64,000 nt of DNA from Spirochaetia bacterium. Its GTDB lineage: Bacteria > Spirochaetota > Spirochaetia > WTKD01. The first letter of the stretch is position 1. Each line of letters starts with the position of its first letter. The DNA is taken from positions 1,632,588-1,696,587 of the forward strand of contig OZ251568.1 of NCBI GenBank assembly GCA_965243525.1, in the 5' to 3' direction. Shown piece by piece: positions 59,589 to 64,000 of this stretch. Below the pieces are notes generated by a model. That model had not been told where the DNA came from. It did not search any database and saw only the letters and a program-made list of their open reading frames with translations. A program made the position numbers and the translations under genes.

Positions 59589-60664
59589 TTCGTGCATTGT
59601 TGGTACCGCTGACTAGTTATATTACTGGCTTTAATATATTTCGGTATATTACATTTCGTTCTTTTATGGCGGCATTGACTGCACTTATTGTTAGTTTATT
59701 GCTTGGGCCATTTCTCATAAAACGTCTCACCGCATATCGACTTTCGCAACAAATCCGAGACGATGGGCCGCAGTCGCATAAGAAAAAAAGTGGAACTCCC
59801 ACGATGGGTGGCATACTCATTATTTTTGCGGTAATTTTTTCGTCTTTGTTGTGGATGAATTTTGAAAACCAGTCGAGTTGGATCGCCATAATTACCATGT
59901 TGGGATTTGGGCTCATAGGATTCTTGGATGATGCGCTAAAGCAACGCCAAAAGGGAACCAAGGGGCTTGAGGCAAAGTTCAAGTTATACAGCCAGTTTGC
60001 CATCAGCCTTTTAGTCAGTGTATTCATCTATTTTCAGGGCGATGAATCAGCGAGCTTGTTGTATATTCCGTTTTTGAAAAACGTATCTGTTGACCTTTCT
60101 CTTCTGTATATACCGTTTACCACTCTATTATTAGTGGCGACCTGCAATGCAGTAAATGTTACCGACGGACTTGATGGGCTTGCAATTGGATTGGTGTTGA
60201 TGGTTTCTGCGACATTTGCGATCCTTGCCTATTTAAGTGGGCACGTAGAATTTGCACAATACCTTCAAATACCGTTTATCGCGAGCAGCGGAGAATTAAC
60301 GGTTATCTCTATGGCCTTGGCAGGTGCCTCAGTAGGATTTCTTTGGTTTAACGCACATCCTGCGCAAATTATGATGGGCGATTCGGGAAGTATGGCTCTT
60401 GGTGGTCTCATCGGTATTCTTGCAATTTTGATCAAAAAAGAAATGGTGCTGATTATCTGTGGTGGCGTCTTCGTTATTGAAACCTTATCAATTATTATTC
60501 AAGTTATTTCGTACAAATTTTTCAAGAAACGTGTGTTCTTAATGTCTCCTATCCATCACCATTTTGAGTTGAAGGGATGGTCAGAGACACAGGTGGTGCA
60601 GCGTTTTTGGATCCTGGGAGGGGTGTGTTCGATTTTGAGTTTATTGATACTAAAAACACGATGA
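59585..60664 (+). CDS. mraY: Phospho-N-acetylmuramoyl-pentapeptide-transferase.
   Basis: Polytopic, with NAVNVTDGLDGLA and MGDSGS motifs. Confidence 0.92.
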   Translation: MIRALLVPLTSYITGFNIFRYITFRSFMAALTALIVSLLLGPFLIKRLTAYRLSQQIRDDGPQSHKKKSGTPTMGGILIIFAVIFSSLLWMNFENQSSWIAIITMLGFGLIGFLDDALKQRQKGTKGLEAKFKLYSQFAISLLVSVFIYFQGDESASLLYIPFLKNVSVDLSLLYIPFTTLLLVATCNAVNVTDGLDGLAIGLVLMVSATFAILAYLSGHVEFAQYLQIPFIASSGELTVISMALAGASVGFLWFNAHPAQIMMGDSGSMALGGLIGILAILIKKEMVLIICGGVFVIETLSIIIQVISYKFFKKRVFLMSPIHHHFELKGWSETQVVQRFWILGGVCSILSLLILKTR

Positions 60665-61791
60665 AACCGCAGATGTCTAGATTGCACATACCTCTTATTC
60701 TTGCTTTTTGCCTATTGGTCTCAATAGGGGTGATTGTGCTGTTTTCGGCATCATACCCACGAGCAGAAGTGTTATTTGACGATCCATTCTATTTTGTGAA
60801 ACGGCAATTGTTCTGGGTTGCCTCAGGACTTCTTCTTGGGGTTGTGATATTGTTTGTTCCTTTTGGATTTCTTCGAAAGATAGCGCCTGTTTTGATGTTT
60901 GGGGGGATTATACTCCTCTGTTTGCCTTTGATTCCTGGAATAGGAGTATCCATTCTTGGTGCACGCCGATGGATATCAGTGTTTTCATTTACGTTTCAGC
61001 CCTCAGAGTTTATTCGATTTCCCATAGTCATATACCTCGCGCACATGATTGCAAAAAAAGAAAAACGTATGGATGATTTTTTCAACGGGGTGCTTCCTCT
61101 GTCTTGCGTGATCGCTTTGGTCACTATCATCATCTATGTACAAAACGATTTTTCGACAGCGATGTTCATCTTTGTCGTGTCATTTGCAATGCTCTGTGTC
61201 GCAGGATTACGCATACAGCATATCGCCGCATTTTTTGTTGCGAGCATACCACCTATCGTTGTTTTTTTGTTTACCCAAGAATATCGTGTCAGACGTCTGT
61301 TGACGTATTTTTTTCCCGATGTTGACCTAACTGGCACAGGATACCAAGCGCATATCTCACGCAGTGCAATTGCACGAGGGGAATTTTTCGGGCTGGGAAT
61401 AGGGCAAAGTCTGAGCAAGCATGGGGTTCTGCCAGAAGCGCATTCTGACTTTTTGGCGGCCGTTTTTGCCGAAGAGCATGGATTGGTGGGGATTGTATGG
61501 CTTTGTGCATTATTCGGTGTGTTCACCTATTGTGGGTATGCCATTACGCTCCAAGCAAAGGATAGTTTTATTGCGCTCTCTGCATTTGGGGTTACCACCT
61601 TTATTGCCCTGCAAGCGTGCATTAACCTTGCGGTCGTGGTTAACGTTTTGCCGACGACGGGGTTGCCCTTGCCGTTTTTTTCGGCCGGAGGATCGTCGAT
61701 GATCAACTCCATTATCTTGGGAGCCTATCTTATCAAGGTTTCGCTCTATCAGCAGGCCCAAAATTTAAACCAGGAAATTGTTCATGCATAG
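60661..61791 (+). CDS. ftsW: SEDS-family peptidoglycan glycosyltransferase / cell division protein FtsW.
   Basis: Polytopic SEDS protein with an ATGA overlap with mraY and a GLPLPFFSAGGSS motif. Confidence 0.85.
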   Translation: MKPQMSRLHIPLILAFCLLVSIGVIVLFSASYPRAEVLFDDPFYFVKRQLFWVASGLLLGVVILFVPFGFLRKIAPVLMFGGIILLCLPLIPGIGVSILGARRWISVFSFTFQPSEFIRFPIVIYLAHMIAKKEKRMDDFFNGVLPLSCVIALVTIIIYVQNDFSTAMFIFVVSFAMLCVAGLRIQHIAAFFVASIPPIVVFLFTQEYRVRRLLTYFFPDVDLTGTGYQAHISRSAIARGEFFGLGIGQSLSKHGVLPEAHSDFLAAVFAEEHGLVGIVWLCALFGVFTYCGYAITLQAKDSFIALSAFGVTTFIALQACINLAVVVNVLPTTGLPLPFFSAGGSSMINSIILGAYLIKVSLYQQAQNLNQEIVHA

Positions 61792-62533
61792 GAGTATCAA
61801 TACCATTGTTACAGTGCTTGCTATTTCCTTGGGAGGGGTTATAGTGTGTGAAATCATCTATATCCTCGTGTTGGTGCCACTGGTGAAGATAAAAACCATC
61901 GTACTCCAGACAGATTTGTCGGTGAGTCAAAAAGAACTGTTTCAATTTTTAGGGCTTGCAGATCCTCTGCTCTTTTTTCAAGTTGATGAAGAGGTTCTTA
62001 CGCATTCACTCACAGGGCATCCGGAAATCATCTCAGCTGATGTGGAAAAGCAGTTTCCGGATACGCTGCATATTACCCTCTATGGAAGAACGCCAGTTGC
62101 CTATGTGGCATTAGATGATGCAGCAGATGCGAACTTGCTCTTACTTGATGATGCAGGGGTGATCTATTCACGTATAGCAGCGCTTCCTTCATCTTCATTG
62201 CCCATTGTCTCCTTCTATAACGATTATCCGATGGAGAGCGATAGTGCAGAGCAACAGTTACAAATGCTTGCTGCGCTTTTGAAAAATCTTCAAGAAAACT
62301 ATCTGAACTCGTATACGCATATTTCTGAAATTGTATTGTTGCCTGATCAGTTGATGTACATCTATACAATGTCACAATTTGTTCCAATTCGTCTTTCAGC
62401 AACTATTGCAGTATCAACCCTTCATACCGTTATTTCGCAGACGCCCTATCTATACAATACCGTTGATGCAAATGCATTCTTTGAGGTTGATGTGCATGGT
62501 GAGCACGCAGTGCTCCGGAGGAGGAGATTGTGA
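61784..62533 (+). CDS. ftsQ: FtsQ/DivIB-like cell division protein (N-terminal TM plus POTRA-like domain).
   Basis: Position between ftsW and ftsA; a single N-terminal TM. ATG at 61784 (the track start is TTG). Confidence 0.55.
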   Translation: MHRSINTIVTVLAISLGGVIVCEIIYILVLVPLVKIKTIVLQTDLSVSQKELFQFLGLADPLLFFQVDEEVLTHSLTGHPEIISADVEKQFPDTLHITLYGRTPVAYVALDDAADANLLLLDDAGVIYSRIAALPSSSLPIVSFYNDYPMESDSAEQQLQMLAALLKNLQENYLNSYTHISEIVLLPDQLMYIYTMSQFVPIRLSATIAVSTLHTVISQTPYLYNTVDANAFFEVDVHGEHAVLRRRRL

Positions 62534-63729
62534 TTGTTGCAGGCTTGGATGTAGGTAGTTACGCAATTCGGTTGGCGGTTGCTGAGGTTCAAGACGGAAC
62601 CACACAACTTATCGATATTGTGCAGGTGCCCTCTCAGGGAATGAAAAAAGGCATTGTTGTAAACCTCGAAACAGTGACGCAATCCATTCGCAATGCGGTA
62701 TACCAATTTTTGGAGAAGCATGATCTTCAAATACAAGAAGTGGTTTTGGCCCTGGGTGGAACGCACATCGAGAGCAAAAATAGCAAGGGTGTTGTTGCTA
62801 TTGAAGAGCGACAAAAAGGGGTTACCCCAGATGATCTTCAGCGAGTTATGGAAGCAGCCAGTGCGGTTCCGCTTTCATTGGATTCTGAAATCATCCACCG
62901 CATCCCCAATGAATACACTATTGATGGCATGCAACAAGTTGCAAATCCAATCAACATGTTGGGGGTTCGCCTCGAATTGAATGTGCATATTATTGCAGTG
63001 TCCTCAACTGGTGCGCAGGGACTTGTCTTAGCAGCAAACCGTGCCGGGTTGGTGGTTTCAAAGTTGGTATACGATGCCTATGCATCATCAAAAATTGTAT
63101 TGGCTGCAGATGAACAAGAATTAGGAGCGATCCATGTTGTCATTGGACATGATACTACTTCAGTTATCTGCATAAAGGATGGGGGAGTCTGTTGTAGTTT
63201 TGTCATTCCCATTGGGGGGCGACACATTACGAATGATATTGCCGTAGTGCTGCAAACATCTTTGCAAGAAGCAGAGCGGATTAAACTGCACCACGGAGTT
63301 TGTTACGCAGATATCATCGATGAGCACGATGAAATTCTTATACAGGGAATCGGGGGACATCGCCCCCGCTTATGTGCCCCAAAAGATCTTTGTCGCATTA
63401 TTGAAGCCCGTCTTTTTGAAATTTTTGATGTAATGCGAACAATATTAGAACGATCTCAGTATAAACTACAGGATTTTCACACAATGGTTCTCAGCGGAGG
63501 AGGTGCGCTGCATCTTGGAATTACCGAGTTGATCTATGCAGAATACAATATACCTGCTCGCATCGGTATTCCGCGTCGTATGGAAGGGCTCGACGCCAGC
63601 AGGCGCACGCCCTTATGGAGTACCACCCTTGGTCTTATTGGAGAAGCTCCGGTGTATACCGGCGAACTTGCTTCCAAACAAAGACGTTCCGGTGGTTTTG
63701 TTTCATGGATAAGAAATTTTTTCGAATAA
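62530..63729 (+). CDS. ftsA: Cell division protein FtsA.
   Basis: Actin-fold N-terminus IVAGLDVGS; GGAGGAGG RBS; GTG start. Confidence 0.9.
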   Translation: MIVAGLDVGSYAIRLAVAEVQDGTTQLIDIVQVPSQGMKKGIVVNLETVTQSIRNAVYQFLEKHDLQIQEVVLALGGTHIESKNSKGVVAIEERQKGVTPDDLQRVMEAASAVPLSLDSEIIHRIPNEYTIDGMQQVANPINMLGVRLELNVHIIAVSSTGAQGLVLAANRAGLVVSKLVYDAYASSKIVLAADEQELGAIHVVIGHDTTSVICIKDGGVCCSFVIPIGGRHITNDIAVVLQTSLQEAERIKLHHGVCYADIIDEHDEILIQGIGGHRPRLCAPKDLCRIIEARLFEIFDVMRTILERSQYKLQDFHTMVLSGGGALHLGITELIYAEYNIPARIGIPRRMEGLDASRRTPLWSTTLGLIGEAPVYTGELASKQRRSGGFVSWIRNFFE

Positions 63730-63750
63730 TTATGCAATGTGGGAGGTATA

Positions 63751-64000
63751 ATGCAAATTTCAGTAGTTCAGCCTGAGGGTTCAATGGAACCAAGGGGCAC
63801 AACGATAAAGGTAATTGGAATTGGAGGCGGAGGAAGTAATGCTATTAATCGCATGATTCACAGCGGTGTTTCATCGGTTGAATTTATAGTAATGAATACG
63901 GACTTGCAATCACTTATGAGCGCAGATGCCGGGACAAGGTTTCCCTTGGGAAGCAAGGTTACTGGCGGATTAGGTGCCGGAGGTAATCCAAAAATAGGTG
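63751..64000 (+). CDS. ftsZ: Cell division protein FtsZ (3' partial, runs off the window).
   Basis: GGGAGG RBS and ATG at 63751. [17 protein letters not shown] tubulin-like GTP-binding N-terminus. Confidence 0.9.
   Translation, partial: MQISVVQPEGSMEPRGTTIKVIGIGGGGSNAINRMIHSGVSSVEFIVMNTDLQSLMSADAGTRFPLGSKVTGGLGAGGNPKIG

Noticed and set aside
61134-61761. Several overlapping minus-strand ORFs (61 to 130 aa), some very basic.
   Set aside because: They lie inside ftsW on the opposite strand. They are frame artefacts of a membrane-protein gene.

Overview
The window looks like a largely core chromosomal stretch of a spirochaete-like bacterium. The taxonomic guess rests only on 16S signature stretches read by eye, and I ran no database search. 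All calls come from reading the six-frame track and the sequence for motifs I recognise. The ORF track shows M for TTG/GTG starts, so I re-picked several starts by eye.

Main content, in order:
- 1..5535: two tandem paralogous giant surface proteins, the second a clear lipoprotein. Each has GLUG-type repeats, a eukaryote-type PI-PLC-X-like phosphodiesterase domain, propeller-like repeats and a conserved C-terminal domain. Each is followed by a near-identical terminator hairpin. The first copy is cut at the window's 5' edge.
- 5874..6584: a histidine phosphatase.
- 6866..13727: a CUT2 sugar ABC transporter with a sugar epimerase and a convergent FGGY sugar kinase.
- 13867..17110: an HrpA-like DEAH helicase and hisS.
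- 17298..20396: a CUT1 sugar transporter (binding protein plus two permeases, no ATPase).
- 20438..21055: rpsD.
- 21182..27478, minus strand: a small HMA protein, rsmD, recG and dnaE.
- 27563..30262: a PglE/PglF-like aminotransferase/dehydratase pair.
- 30349..31728: an RlpA-like DPBB-SPOR protein.
- 31732..37756: fatty-acid genes (acyl-CoA ligase, fabZ, accB, accC, fused accD-accA).
- 37767..40633, minus strand: an envelope thiol-redox operon (CPBP protease, CcdA, two TlpA).
- 40581..45524: comEC, rsmA/ksgA, dapA, dapB and tyrA.
- 45499..46517: a bactofilin and a TPR protein.
- 46560..46740: tRNA-Lys and tRNA-Glu, abutting the next gene.
- 46742..47803: a uracil phosphoribosyltransferase (Upp)-like gene with extensions.
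- 47778..48698: a TPR lipoprotein.
- 48773..50936: a tRNA-Ala / 16S rRNA / tRNA-Ile unit with no 23S or 5S in the following 13 kb.
- 51134..56247: nadK and recN, translationally coupled to three unknown genes; the last is a secreted degenerate LytM/M23 protein.
- 56334..64000: a compact dcw cluster: mraZ, rsmH, ftsL-like, murF, mraY, ftsW, ftsQ-like, ftsA and the start of ftsZ.

I saw no CRISPR arrays, transposases or integrases.

The observations I would look at first are the GLUG/PLC-like paralog pair and the recN-coupled module next to the dcw cluster. In the paralog pair, one copy keeps both predicted catalytic histidines and the other has lost both.
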